From Saccostrea echinata (lineage: Eukaryota): a stretch of 64,000 bases of DNA. Where the stretch lies: assembly GCF_033153115.1 (NCBI RefSeq), contig NW_026889794.1, positions 4,154,001 through 4,218,000 on the forward strand, written 5' to 3'. The notes under the pieces were generated by a model. The model saw only the letters and a program-made list of their open reading frames with translations. It did not search any database and was not told where the DNA came from. The position numbers were made by a program, and so were the translations under genes. Positions within the stretch are counted from its first letter, which is position 1; each line of letters opens with the position of its first letter. This document shows, one piece after another, positions 25,668 through 38,914 of this stretch.

Positions 25668-28625
25668 ACTGTTTATATACGGCAGAAACAGGTAAGAACA
25701 AACTCAATGCCCTCCCCCCCCCCCCCATACCACCACCACACACAAGACGGACACACATAGTCTTCATGTCTCTATCGACTTCTCTACCGACAGCGATACT
25801 CTTCTGTCACAGGTAATCTTGACCCCATGCAGATCCATATACACATTATTTCTGAGTCCAACCAATTCCGATGAATTTTCATCCTAACGAAATCTTATTT
25901 CTAGGTCATTATGTCTGTAAATTAGACTATTATTCATGCTTTGAAATATTACCATGATATTAGACTTGTTACCATACCGCTTACTCGTGCAGTAACTTAC
26001 TAGAGTCAGTGCCCCTCTGAAAAAGAACATTCACATCGACATATACAAGTCATTCGTTTCATAATACTCTTTTTGCATAAAAAAAAGTACAGGCTTAGTT
26101 GGTTTATCCTGTCAGTGTGTCCATGTGTGTAAACATTACACACGCAACAAGCTCCAGATTTCAATTCCTCTATCAATGACATACTAGCTCACCCTGTTGT
26201 AAGTTTCCACGAACTGTCCAAATCTTGCAAATCTTCAGCTTCTTTGACCCACAATCCCTTACTTCCCATGCAGTGAGTTATGCAATTACAATGCTGTCGG
26301 ACACTAAGGAAGATATAGGGCATAGGGACTCCTGGGGTGGTGTTGTTAAATTATCATTACTGCTTTGTCCGACTAAAGCAAGTCTTAGGAAACCTTGGGA
26401 AAAATGAACAAGAAAGTGAAATTGCATCCAGGATAATTCAAAAACTGTAAAATACAACTTGTCCACACTTGCACCGAAATTCGTTATAATCATCAATGAT
26501 AAGAAAAAGGAAAGCCCCTCCCTCCCTAATTAGAATGTCATGAGAATCCGTCAATGTTGAAAAAATACTAATACCCGGTAGTTCCCATTTATAAGTTTTC
26601 AAACTTTCTCAAACAGATCGTGACAGTGAAATGTTTGGTCACATAAAAAATTGAATACTGGATATATAAGAATATATATAGACCCTAGTATAAGAATTAA
26701 GACTTTACTTGCAGATCTGCAGAAAGTACTATATAGTAGTGAAAGAATCGTTCATGCAGAGTTATATTATTTTGAAATTTGGTGACTAAATCTCTCAATT
26801 AAACAAATTATAGCAGAAAAAAGTAGACGGGTGACGATAAATCCTTTTCAGTGTCGTGCATACGTACATGTAAAAAATTTTACCCCAAAAGGGTACCTGC
26901 ACAAAAATTAGGAAAAGAAAAGAAACGGAGAGAAGTGAAAAAAGAAAAATCAGGAATGAAAAAAGAAACGGAAAGAAAAGAAACAAAAAATAATAGGGTG
27001 GGGTAGGTGCAAAAGAAAATAGTGGCAAATCCAGGACTTCTGTCATGTTGTAAATTTTGAATTTACGGATAGATTTCCGGGAAATGCTTAACATTGTTTT
27101 GGAAATTGAGGAGACGCCCCCACTTTTCTTAGGAAGCGAGAATAACATGATCTTATAGATTAATGTTATTCAAAGACCGGTTGCCCACCCCACCCGACTT
27201 CCTGGTTCAGTATCTTGGTCAAACTCTCCCACGGCATTGTACCACACATTACATAGGCTTTCCGAGCTTAGAATTTTTGTTTTTGCTTTAATTTGGTCAA
27301 AGTTTTTTAAAGGCACTTCTTTGCTGAATGAATTTACTGATTTAGTGGAATATACACGGCTCTAGATACATGTATATATAGTTACTGTATTTCTGAATAC
27401 AATTGCAAAATTTTTCTGCCGCACTTTGTAGTCCTCAATCAACAGGGCTCCCATTTTGAGTTTTCGGAAATGAAAGAAAATAATTTTTGGTAATAATAAC
27501 TAACAAGTTTTCAAAATTTTCGAATTTCGGTAATGCAATGCAGTCGTTTCAGAGGTAAAAATGCAATTTTTTTTTTTTTAAGAAAATACTTTTATAAAGT
27601 TATCTCTCTTTATAATCAGTCGTTGCAAGACTCCATTCTCTTTGTGAAAATTTTAATTCTGCTGACTGTGCATAACTAATTCAAGAGAAATGAGCTCTTC
27701 TTTCTTAGAAAAATGACAAAATTAAAAAGAAAAAAAAAATAGAGATAAAACAAAAACCCTCTTTTAATTATTAAATTTTATCGTATTAAAGGTTTCATTA
27801 TAATAATTTGTCTTAAAAGTTGTCTGGTATTGTATAGAGTGTTAATTTTATTTTCATTTTTTCTCCATTTTGTGTCAGATTTTCATAAATACAGAAAAAT
27901 GACTGAATTCAATTAAAAAGTTTGAACGTGAGGAAAAGTGCCAGACTTGCAACACCTTAAAAAAATTATTTAAAATTATGTGTATTTGTAATCTACGTGT
28001 GGTCTGCCCAGAAATAAACTGCAGGTAAGGAAAGGATCCATAGTGCTGACAGTATTAAAATTCAAACTCGGTTTTATAAAACAAACTCTTTCACTTTGTT
28101 AGAAAACTTCGTGTATCAGTGACGTGAATACCAACTTTAATTACTCGATTTATAATTTAATAAGCTAATTTTCAAACCGCAAGGTAGGAGAGCAACGGCG
28201 CAATAAATTACTTTCTGACATGATGTTACATGTATAGAGATGAAAGTTTAAGCCTAATAATCAATTATGCTGAAGATGTTCTTTCTCTCTCTCCTCTCGC
28301 TGTCTCTCTGTCCCTCCTCTCTTTCCATCGATGTGCTAACATAGAAGTTTATTTATGAATGAATTTCAATTATTATTCAGCTAGAATAGCAAGAACACTA
28401 ACAAGCGCATGTTACTCTTATAACATTTATTATAAGAATGAAAATGCATGTAAATTGATTTCAATGTAATTTATATGGTCAGCCAATTGTCTTTCATACA
28501 GATCAGATATTGTCAAATTAAAAATATTTCATATTGCAGGAGACCATTAAAGATAGATCTATAAAAGGACAGTGGTCAAAGTAGGTAGTCTCAAAGGGGG
28601 CCGAGCCTCTGATAAGAGAGATTTA

Positions 28626-28980
28626 TAACAAGCATTCTGACAGTATTGCATAAGCAATATTAATAGTCCCCTATCGGAAAGTGCAATCTGATTTTCTCTA
28701 AAAAAGCCATAGTTCCATCAAATATTATTGAAGCGGAACGAATTGCAAACTTATCTACTACCCCTAAAGGTAGACTCACACATCAAAAGTCAGCTTAATA
28801 TCTGCAAGCATTTAGGAAAAAGTATGGAAAACCAAGTCGAAAATCTGGTTCCCTTTTAAAATTAAAAAAAAGGCTGTAACTCTGTCAAAAATCACCAAAG
28901 CGGAACGAAATGCAAACTTGATCGGTAACTCATCAAGGTACATTCACATGCCAAGAATCAGCTCAATATCTGCAAGCACT
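28626..28980. mobile_element. Truncated HINE-like element with two ~168-bp satellite units (Cg170/BIV160-like)
   Basis: aacaag...atagtcccctatcgg head; aagcggaacgaa.tgcaaactt and aatatctgcaagca repeat at a 168-bp period. Family name is from memory. Confidence 0.65.
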
Positions 28981-29455
28981 TTAGTAGAGTGGAGACCTTT
29001 GAATAGTGTCATGTAAAAATTTTGAATTTTTCAATTTAAATACAAAGTTAAATTGAAAAATTCTAAATTTTTATAGAGGACAATTGTCAATTCAATCATT
29101 ACTGATACCGGATTGAAACCTTGACTTCTTTTTCTTTTTGCCTATATTCATAGTTTTTGATTATATTTGACCTTAGACATTTGCATCCAGTTTTTTATTC
29201 TTGCAAATCGATACAATTCTTTCTTTGAAAAATTTTAAAACTGCAGTAACGCATCATGTGCATGTACCTTATAAAGAATTTCTATTATTAGTACAATTTA
29301 TTTTCCTGGTAAAAAATGATATGATTTTAATATGTAACTCATATTTTTACTTTTTTTGTGATACTAAATTATTGCTCTTCCTATTCTCTGTATCAGACAT
29401 TCTTCATATCATGGTCTGACGTAAAATTTATTTGTGAAAAAATAAGCACGGCTTG

Positions 29456-29699
29456 GTAGCAACCGCTGAAAGAAATATCATTAAGCGTTGCAATTGCAAC
29501 GCTTAATGCCATAAATTATTGCATTCATAGTTGACATTCTAAACCGCTTATGCTAAATCGCCGCTTAATGAAAGAATTATATCATTAAGTGTTGAGAATG
29601 TCAACTATTAATGCAATATTTTATGACATTAAGCGTAGCATTGCAACGCTTAATGATATTTCTATCATTAAGCGGTGTTTTATCATTAGCGCTTGCTAC
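29456..29699. mobile_element. Palindromic MITE with 8-bp TSD
   Basis: gtagcaa.cgct / agcgcttgctac ends, long internal arms, flanks acggcttg / acggcttc. Confidence 0.8.
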
Positions 29700-29822
29700 A
29701 CGGCTTCATCCCATACTATTTTCCATTTGAATCTAATACTACAGTTGTTGATGAAAACCAATGTTGGGGAATTTGATAAAAAAAATGTGAAATTTAGAAC
29801 ATAGGTTTAATACTCCTTAAGC

Positions 29823-31049
29823 GTGCACTGTTGCAACCACTATTGAAATAACGTTCACTATTGAAATAATTATCTCAATAGTGGTTGAAAATACATTTCA
29901 AAACCAAACACAGGTTACAACAGGTTACAATGAAATAATGTTTACTATTGAAACCATGATTTAAATAGAGGTTTTGAATGCATTTCAAAACCTAAACCAG
30001 GTTGCAACCACTATTGAAATAATGTTCACTATTGAAATAAAGAGTTCAATAGTGATTGAAGTCATTTTTTCAATAGTTGCTGACAATGATTTCAGTATAA
30101 AAACCACATTGCAAGCCTCATTGAAATAACCCCAATATTGGGAAAAAAATATATGGATAAATTCTTCATTTTGTTTTCCAACATAATAAATTAATTTATT
30201 GGGTTTGAAATATGAATATGTAATTTTATGTTTTAATTTCTGTCTAGAAATACTATCAATACACGGATATCTGTGATTTAACTGATCTAGTAATTTTAAG
30301 TAATTTTGTTATATAAGGTTCATCTTTGTTATTAAATGGGGAAAGTAAAAGATTATAAATACAGATAGTTGTAGAAATTAGAATATGTTCATTAAAAAGA
30401 AGAAAGAAGACATCTATTTAATATCTAATATGTGAACAAACTTTCTGATGAAGCAATGGTTATTTTTTATCAAAAGGATATAGAATAGAAGTAAATTCGC
30501 GCTTATATTCATGGGCTTGCCTACACTACTAATATGGATAGTAAATTAAACGTTTCTACTAGTCAATACATTAAAAGCAACTATTTGGGAAAACTAAGTA
30601 TAAGTGTTATAACATCAGAGGTTGTTAATTCAATAGTGATTACACGTATAAAACCGCTATAGAAATATATTTCAGTAGTAATTGTTATTTCAATAGTGAT
30701 TGCAACTTGGTTTAGGTTTTGAAAAGCACTCTCAACCACTATTGAAATAATTATATCAGTAATGAAGGTTATTTCATTAATGGTTCCAACCTGTGTTGGG
30801 TTTTGAAATGCACTTTCAACCACTATTGAAATAATTATTTCAATAGTGAACGTTATTTCAATAGTGGTTACAAGTTGTGTTTGGTTTTGAAATGCTCTCT
30901 CAACCACTATTGAAATAATTATTTCAATAGTGAACGTTATTTCAACAGTGGTTACAAGTTGTGTTGGGTTTTGAAATCCACTCTCAACCACTATTGAAAT
31001 AATTATTTCAATAGTGGTCGTTATTTCAATAGTGGTTGCAACAGTGCAC
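29823..31049. mobile_element. Foldback-type element: TIRs built of 84-bp tandem units, (GTG)CACTG termini
   Basis: gtgcactgttgcaaccactattgaaataacg mirrored perfectly at about 31019-31049; arms 29823-30130 and 30620-31049. Confidence 0.85.
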
Positions 31050-31724
31050 TATTATATTAAACAAAATTTCGTAAACTCACTGTATGAATTTCTTATAATT
31101 CATTATTTAGTAAATGGCAAATATAAAATGTTTTTTTAAAGGTAAAAAATAAATATTAAAAGGATAATTCATTTTTCTTCATAAAGAAATTTTTCTATTC
31201 TTATATGTCGCGATTAAGAGAGAATGAACAAACTAGCATGTTTTCAATTTTGATGAAAAGGAATTAGTCCTAAATTTTATGTTTATTTTCTATTTTATTT
31301 TATATACGGAAGGGGTGGGTAGGGCTTAAATTGGGAACTTGTGATTTTTCCATAGAACAAAACCCCTCTTAAAACAAGTAAAGAGGTAAACAGTTTGCAA
31401 AAGTAGATGCTTAATCTTTATGTAAATTCATTCTACAAACATCTCTTCACATATCATTGAAAAATAAATACATAAAATATATATACACAAAATAAATACC
31501 AAAGATTGTCGCCCGTATATATACGGTAAATTAAACTTATATTGATTAAGTATCAGAATATATTCGTGAACACATGTAATACATGTACATATACTTATTC
31601 AAAAGATATGTAGGTGCACACAAATAGTTAAGTAATCCTACCTAGTCATATGTATTGATGGCTTAAGATGTCATTTAATATCACACAGTTCTTTTTTCTA
31701 GTCTTTGTAATGCAAAATTTCCAT

Positions 31725-33991
31725 TCAGAATATTTTAATCTTTTCCTTTTTTATATTTTTATCAGCAACCTTCGGAAGCGAAGGCTTTACGTCTTTTTTC
31801 ACGACTTTCCTGAATTCAATTGTCAATGGAGAAGCATGTGCAGAGTCTGTCGATGATGATTTTGATGAGGATGACAATGATGATGGCGATGATAAAGGTA
31901 ATGATGTCTCTTTAGAGGACGGACTTGTTGGTTTAATCTTTGTTCGTGTTACATTAAGCTTTGGTGCTTTTGCTGCATTTTTAGTCGATGATTTCGACAC
32001 CGCATGTTCTGACTTTGAATTCGATTGAACTTTCTTCCGAGCAACTTTTCCCCTTTTAGAAAGTAAGTTTGATGATTGTGATAAATGACTGAAGTCCTTT
32101 GAGGTTTTACTTATTAACGAAGAGGAACGAGAACGCGGCCATTTTGGATGAGGAGGAAGGGCTAATTTTAAGACCTTTTGCTTAACGATGTGTAAGGTAG
32201 TTGTGACTAAAGGTGCTGACTTTGTTGGAGATGGATTATTCATATCTCCTTTCTGATCTGGAGTGAATGATGATACTGTTGATGAAACAGTATTTGTTGT
32301 AGTGATAAGAAGAGGAGAAAAAGTAGTTGAGTCTAATGTTGAGATATTTTGCTTTGCAATTAGAACTTCACTCTCAGACGAACGATTACTAGCATCATAC
32401 AAAGGGAGACTGACATTAGAAGTATGCACTGAAGAGTTTCTCTCATCAAGTGGTAGAGGTTCCTCTGAAGAGACTTGTTTGACAGATTTTTTATTCATGA
32501 TAATGGCAATGGCCGATTCCAGCTCGCTGATGGATTGGAAGAGATCGACAACGTCACTTGAATCTGTTGTATTCTCCGTAGAAGGAGTGGTGATCTCTAA
32601 GACATTTTGACCATTCTGAGGAACCGCCGCAGTGGTTGACTCAGGAAGAAGAGGAGGAAGTGTGGGAAGATCAGGATAATCATAATCCGTGTGACCCAAC
32701 AAGAAATTTTCTTTGTTCAATAACGATATAAGTCTGGATTGAAGGCTGTTTTCAATGTTCAGTAATTTAATCAGAAGAGCTGACTTTGAAGAATTTTTTA
32801 GCACGTCACTCTCTGATGTAAGATTCCCATTCCTGGAAGTGTTGGCTGATGCATAAGAATTATCGTGAGTGTAATTGTCTAGGATTTCAGACTTAGTATA
32901 TGTTGTATCTTTGAGAAAGGAAATGATATTGGTTTGTACAGAATTCTCAGTTTGAAGCAATGATATTAATTTCTTCTGTGAGGATAGTTTACCAATATCA
33001 GTTTCGTTTAATTCTGTCGTGTTTTCATGCGTTATATTCACACCATTGAAGATGGAATCATTCGAAAGAGTCTTTATGGCAGAGTCAATAATGGTTAAAG
33101 AAGAAGGAAGCACTAAAGGAACTACAGCAGCTGCTTCCGGTTCCGGGACGCTTTTTCTCGGAGTATGTAAAAATTTGGGAAGCGGAAGAAGCATTTTAGT
33201 TTGTTTTTTCCTCGTTTTTGTATCATTTTTGATAGCTGATTTCAGATTGTCTTCGAACGTTTTCTTAGTTTCATCCATGTCTTTATCAAGTAATGAGATA
33301 ATTGCGGAGTTAAGTATATTATTCTCAATCGTTTCATTATACAACGAATTCGTTTCATTGAAAGCCACAGTGCTAGTATTTGAAGCTTGATTTGAGGAAT
33401 TATTCAGATCAAGAAGATTAAATATAGTCTGAAGATCTGCTCCTTTGGGCTCGAAGGTATCATTTAATTGCTCCCCAGGTGGTAAAAATATAGACAAATC
33501 AATTTTAGGTGCAAGCTTTGGTGTCTTAAGAAGTGAATTTCCGGGATAGAGAGAAGTTTTTATTTTAGGAACAATAGTGGATGTACTAGGTGTTTGAGGA
33601 TTTGTCATTTTGTTGGGTTTTGGATCGACAGGAGCTATGGATGTAGATTCAGTTCGTGTCGTAGACGTCTGTTGTGGGGCTTTTGTTGCATACTCAAAGG
33701 GGATCTTTATAGAATCCTCAAGTTGTGTACTGCCTGTTAACTTTCTTTCCTTAGGAGAAACAGTCGTTGCTGTCTTCTTGTCTTCGGATTTTAAACCTTT
33801 TGTGCTTAGCATCTTTTTGAACGTTGTCGGTTTAGACGACTCCACATCTTTGGTAGTGACTGAAGGACCAAGTACACACTTGCATTCTGACAAATCAACA
33901 CGCTCATTGTTAGCACAATTAACCTTGACCCAACCGAAGAAACGTATGTGCTTTTCAAGTGCTGAGTTCCCAGCAGGTCGACACGTTGTAC
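31725..33991 (-). CDS. Gene A exon 5 (Cys module + low-complexity tail)
   Basis: 2267 nt open frame after a tttcag acceptor; corresponds to the 759 aa ORF in the track. Confidence 0.9.
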
Positions 33992-36732
33992 CTGAAAGGA
34001 ACATCGTGTAATATCATGTAGAACAACAAATAAAAACACATGCAAAGTGGAAATGAAAGATGTCGAATATGAGCTTAAGTGCTTTTTCATACCGGAAACA
34101 GAAGTGGGCATCATGTGCCTTGGTGTGGTTACTGGATCTGAAGACTTCTCTTTTTTGGCATTGAGATCAAGAGCAATGGCTGCAAAAATTGTTTATCTTT
34201 ATAAATGAAATCGAAAACAGAAGGTTTCGTTGGCAGGAGAAAGCCAGGCAATGAATATCTTTAAATGCACATAAGACAACCGTATAACATTGTAAGACTA
34301 TTTTAACAAATATATAGGATTTAAAACGATTTTTTAAATTCAATTTTCTCAGAAAAAAGAATAATTCTGAAAATGTACATTTTAGTTGTTCTGGATATTT
34401 AATGAGATCACTGTCTTTGAAATTAAGGATTAAGTTTTTTCAATGTTATTCCTTATTTTATTTTACTTTCTATAATGCACTGAAATCAACTCACGTAAGC
34501 ATGATCCCGAAGACAAGTCGACCGACAATGGCTTCAGTCCATCATATGACGTCAGCACAAAGAACTTCCCATCGTCACTGGCAATGTTTCGGAGAGCGTG
34601 CAACCTTCTAAAGTTTTTGTTGCCAGTAGTGATAACCAGTAAATCAACATGATTATCCTTTGCCTCCTGCACATGTGCAACGGTAGCTTTATCGTTCCAT
34701 GAATTGTCCTTCCCAATGAGGAGTACTGCAATTTTTTTGACGCCTTCTCTACCACCATAGGAAAATACCCTGTTCATGGCTTGGATACATTGATCTGTAC
34801 GTTTGCCTTTGTTTACAGGTTTTGTCAACTTTCTCAAATTCTCTAGAATGTCAAAAGAAAAGGATCGGAATTCAGACGTGGTGGAGTTTCCATTGGCACA
34901 AACCACGAACCCGACCTGTAAAGAGGAATTAAACCGTAAGAATAAAAAATATTGCTCAGTTAGGCATAAAAGACAATGTCAGTTTTGCATCTTGAGAAAT
35001 AGACTGCCTATTCACATATTTTGCAAATCAATAAGTAAGAGTAAGTATACAAAAGAGCATAATGGCGAAAAGAACAATTAAACAGATTATCACGAGGCTG
35101 CAGTTTGTAAATTTTATTTCATAAAATATTGTATTTAACCTAAAATAAGTCTTTGCAATAAACCCGTCTAAAATAGTTATATGACATACATCTATGATAT
35201 ATTCATCAGCAACTTTCTTCTACAAGCATAATTAGTTCCAAGTCGAAATGATCTAATCGTGATCTTTTAATATGCAGGCATGTTAAATGACTTCCTCTAT
35301 CAATGGTTTTATGTGATGGCACTAACAACCGAACATATCAGATACCTATATCACAGTTTATTAGTACATGTGTATGCATAAACAATATGCTCTGAATAAC
35401 AATTACTATAATAGCCAATCAGTCTTCAATTTTACCACTTGGTAGATCAGAATAAAAACATCTAATGTTAGTTTATGTTTAAGGTTAAATTGGCCATCAT
35501 TAATATGTCATAGAATACCTGTAACTGGCCAGAGAGAGAGAGAGAGAGAGAGGATTTAAATAAGTATACTGTTGCAATGTTGAAAGTGTCCTTTGTCAAT
35601 AATTGCAAATCTTCATTAGATTAATGTTTGTGAGGATACATTTGAAGGAAATACTATTTTGCTGCAAATTGTTTTTTAATTTTGCAATTTATAATCAAAT
35701 TTAATATGCAATTCGTTTTCTTTCAGTAGGATCTAAAATAAGATTGTATGTTCATAGTTTTGCATAATAGAGTATAAACGAATGTCATTAGTCATGAGAT
35801 GTAAATGATAAGTATATGCGTACTTAAAATTGTTCGTGCATTGAAATCGATTTTGATGTTTTCCTAAATGAATTTTTTATATTTAAAAAAGTTAATCTAC
35901 TCTTTTCTCCAAATACAAATCGACATGTTACTACTAAGTTTTCAAAAGAGACTTCTTAGCTGTTAGGAAGTATATTTGTTTTCACCGTAAGTTTAACTTG
36001 AGACTCTTATATTTTTCTAGCCTCGTTGCAAAAACAAAACATTTACAGTAGGCGTAGTGTATTTAAATTTTTGGAAACAGACATCAAATGGGACAGTTTG
36101 AAATATAATAAAGGTATGTGATATTTTTGACTTTTAAAGTTGGATAATAAATTACATTAAAGGTAAAGCTTTTGGGCTTCTGGAAAATTGCGATTAATTT
36201 CAAACCAGGAATAATATTTATGGCATGTTTCATTTTAGGTATTGTTCATGATGCATTAAGTTGCTGTGTGACAGATGGGTTTGTTTTGTTGTAGCAGGTG
36301 GTTGAAGGGACAAGCATTGTGATAGATGACTTAGAAGGAATATGTAGAAACACAATACGCAGTAGTGTTGTCTACTCGTGAAAAGACAGAACCTCCAAAT
36401 TACATACTATATGTATCCTCCATAAAGGACGAAAAAAAATCATGATGAAATATTGCAAAAGCCAAATGAAAAAGTCAAGATATTCTGTTTTTCTTAAACA
36501 TTGAATCTTTGTAGAGTTTGGGCCAGGAATGCGTTGTCTATAAAAAGACATTTTCAGTGGGTGATAGGAGAAAAAAACAATAATTATGATTTTTATTTTG
36601 TAATTCCCATAGAATTTATTTTTATTTTCTTTCAAATATAAAAGGAAACCAGGAAGAAAATGCCAATTTGCCAAATTGAAGAATTTTAATTCTATTAATA
36701 AGATTAAGTTTTCTTTTCAATTATGTTATGTT

Positions 36733-36823
<91 letters not shown>

Positions 36824-37447
36824 TACTTATATACAAACTCCTGTTAAATAAACTACAGATGTTTGTACCTGAACAGCCCCGGTGGGGGATTCATGTCGGT
36901 CTAAGATATCCCGGATGAACGCCTTCTGTTTAAGGAAATCCCCGGAGTTCACGCTGGACTGGCCATCAAGCATAAAGACAATATCTACAGTAGGGTTACA
37001 GTTGGCTGGAATAAAAGCAAAACTTCATGATAAATACTAATTCTTCCAAAAAATATATATAATAATTTTGTAAAAATGATAACTTAGCATTATCATACAT
37101 GATTATAGTAAGGTTGCAAAAATTGGTGGAAAGGAAATATAATATAGACACTGAAAGATACATGTATACAAATATATAGTTTCATTTTTGAGGTTTTAAA
37201 ATTAACAATTCTAAGACATCTAAGAAGTATACTAGTATAGCTGCAAATTATTGTAAAATTGCACGAAGACTTGCTCTGCAATACAGCCATGACTGGTATG
37301 TCAAATTATCGGAGCCTTTTTCAAATAGATATTGATAAACGACTTACATTTCTCTTTTGGTAGGACTGCAGACTGACAAACCAACAGCAGCGACAGAAAG
37401 CCAAAGACGATACAGCACGGAGAGGTTTGGATTTTACTGTTGTTCAT
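31725..37447 (-). CDS. Gene A: secreted VWA + chitin-binding-like Cys module + long Ser/Thr/Asn-rich, Lys-rich-ended tail (Pif/BMSP-related shell-matrix-like protein), about 1003 aa, 5 coding exons
   Basis: Exons 37348-37447, 36869-37005, 34495-34915, 34093-34179, 31725-33991; all GT/AG, phases 1,0,1,1; total 3012 nt in frame. Signal peptide CCIVFGFLSLLLVCQS, VWA (VDIVFMLDGQSS...KKIAVLLIG...IASDD), module TCRPA...GWVKVNCA...ECKC. Confidence 0.85.
34093..34179 (-). CDS. Gene A exon 4 (linker)
   Basis: IALDLNAKKEKSSDPVTTPRHMMPTSVS; 87 nt, phase 1/1, ttgcag acceptor, gtatga donor. Confidence 0.75.
34495..34915 (-). CDS. Gene A exon 3 (VWA C-terminal part)
   Basis: VGFVVCANG...GREGVKKIAVLLIG...SGSCL; ttacag acceptor, gtgagt donor. 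Confidence 0.9.
36736..36817. repeat. (TA)n microsatellite in a gene A intron
   Basis: Direct reading. Confidence 0.95.
36869..37005 (-). CDS. Gene A exon 2 (VWA N-terminal part)
   Basis: NCNPTVDIVFMLDGQSSVNSGDFLKQKAFIRDILD...AVQ; ttccag acceptor, gtacaa donor. Not shown in the ORF track. Confidence 0.88.
37348..37447 (-). CDS. Gene A exon 1 (signal peptide)
   Basis: MNNSKIQTSPCCIVFGFLSLLLVCQSAVLPKEK, donor gtaagt, upstream acceptor ttttag at 37457. Confidence 0.8.
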
Positions 37448-38914
37448 TTTTCATACCTAAAAGTAAATCTAACATAGATATACATGTATATATACTCAAT
37501 CAGCTACTTTGACAAGAAAATCAATCAAAACACTCTGCAAATCACAGGAAGTTGGGACTGCAGTGTTGAACAATCTGTCAGGTAATATTGTCTACATAAT
37601 TAAATTTAAATATACCGGTTCTCTGGTGTCTTCAAAATTAAAATTGTAAAGGTAGTGATTATCATTCCATGTAGGCGAAATAAAATGGAAAACAAGTTTA
37701 ATTTTATTCATTGATTTTGCTAAATTTGGATAGACCTATTATCATTTTGTATAGATTTTTGGTCTGGTTAATAATTCACTGTGCACCTTAAGTAACAGCA
37801 ACACTGAATTAAATTACTTCAAATTCGGACACTTTTACCGAACTCATAGACCTTGATTTTTTTTTCTATTCAATACCTATTTTCAACAAGGAAGAAAAAT
37901 AAGTAATATGTTGTAATGTATTATAATGCCTCAGAAAATATCATAAAATGAATGTGAGTTCGCAAAATTTTTAATTAAATACGTTTGAATATTTTTGTGC
38001 GGTTTGAACAGTGCAGGTATGCTAAAGAGATGGCCAGTTGTTTAGGAAAACCATTACGCGTCGTATTTTTGAGCTACAAACAATTCTCTTTCAACTTCCA
38101 TACAAAAATTTTAAAAAATCCTCATAAGCCACATCATTGAACCCTAATTGCTACAATATAAAGTTTGATCATTGAAAAAAAAAATGAAGAAAAACAGGAA
38201 ACAGAGCTAGAAAATTTGTTCACAACAGAAAATAGAGCTTAAAACTTTGGTCAAAACATACCTTTAAGTTAAGGAATAGACAGTACATCATATACAACTC
38301 TCTATAATTCAGAATTAGCGGCAATTAACGTCCTGTTATAATTAAACGTCCTGGCTAACTATCTCCAAATCGTCTTCATGATTTTTCGTAATTAATTCTT
38401 TTTTTCTCATCTGACTGTCACTTAATTCACGAATAAAATGTCGCTTATTTAGGACCAAAACATTACCTACACCAACATAATAAATTCAGCTGATGTCAAG
38501 TGTGTCTCAAATTCCAAAGAGGGTAATTAGTAATTCTAGCTTTTTTTATATCATAATTTATCTCCACAAAAAATGAGATGGTTTGAAAAGGATGGAACAT
38601 TCAAACGTGTGCTTGGAAGAATAAGTAAAATATTTTTGTAATGATGCCAGAAATATACTTCAGTTGAATTGAAAACGCATGTAGGAGTCAGTTGCCGAAC
38701 AGTATTTCATATTTCTTTTTATGTGGCAATTAACACATTATTGCACAATTCATGCTGTTTATATCATTGATGAAAGAAAACCTACATGTACTTGTTTAAT
38801 ATTTCTAAATTTAATTTTACGCATTTTAATTGCTAGAATGATATGAAATAAGATTTTTTTTGCTACGATGTATCTATTTGTGGTATTGATTTCACCGAAA
38901 ACATTTTAATTAAA

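Noticed and set aside
30581-30991. 136 aa ORF with a 28-aa periodicity
   Set aside because: It is a translation of the 84-bp tandem units in a foldback element arm; the mirror image is present at 29823-30130.
32263-34011. Plus-strand ORFs over gene A (likewise 53156-54862 over gene B and 21108-21827 over TENT5)
   Set aside because: Antisense shadows of real coding exons, with no independent signals.
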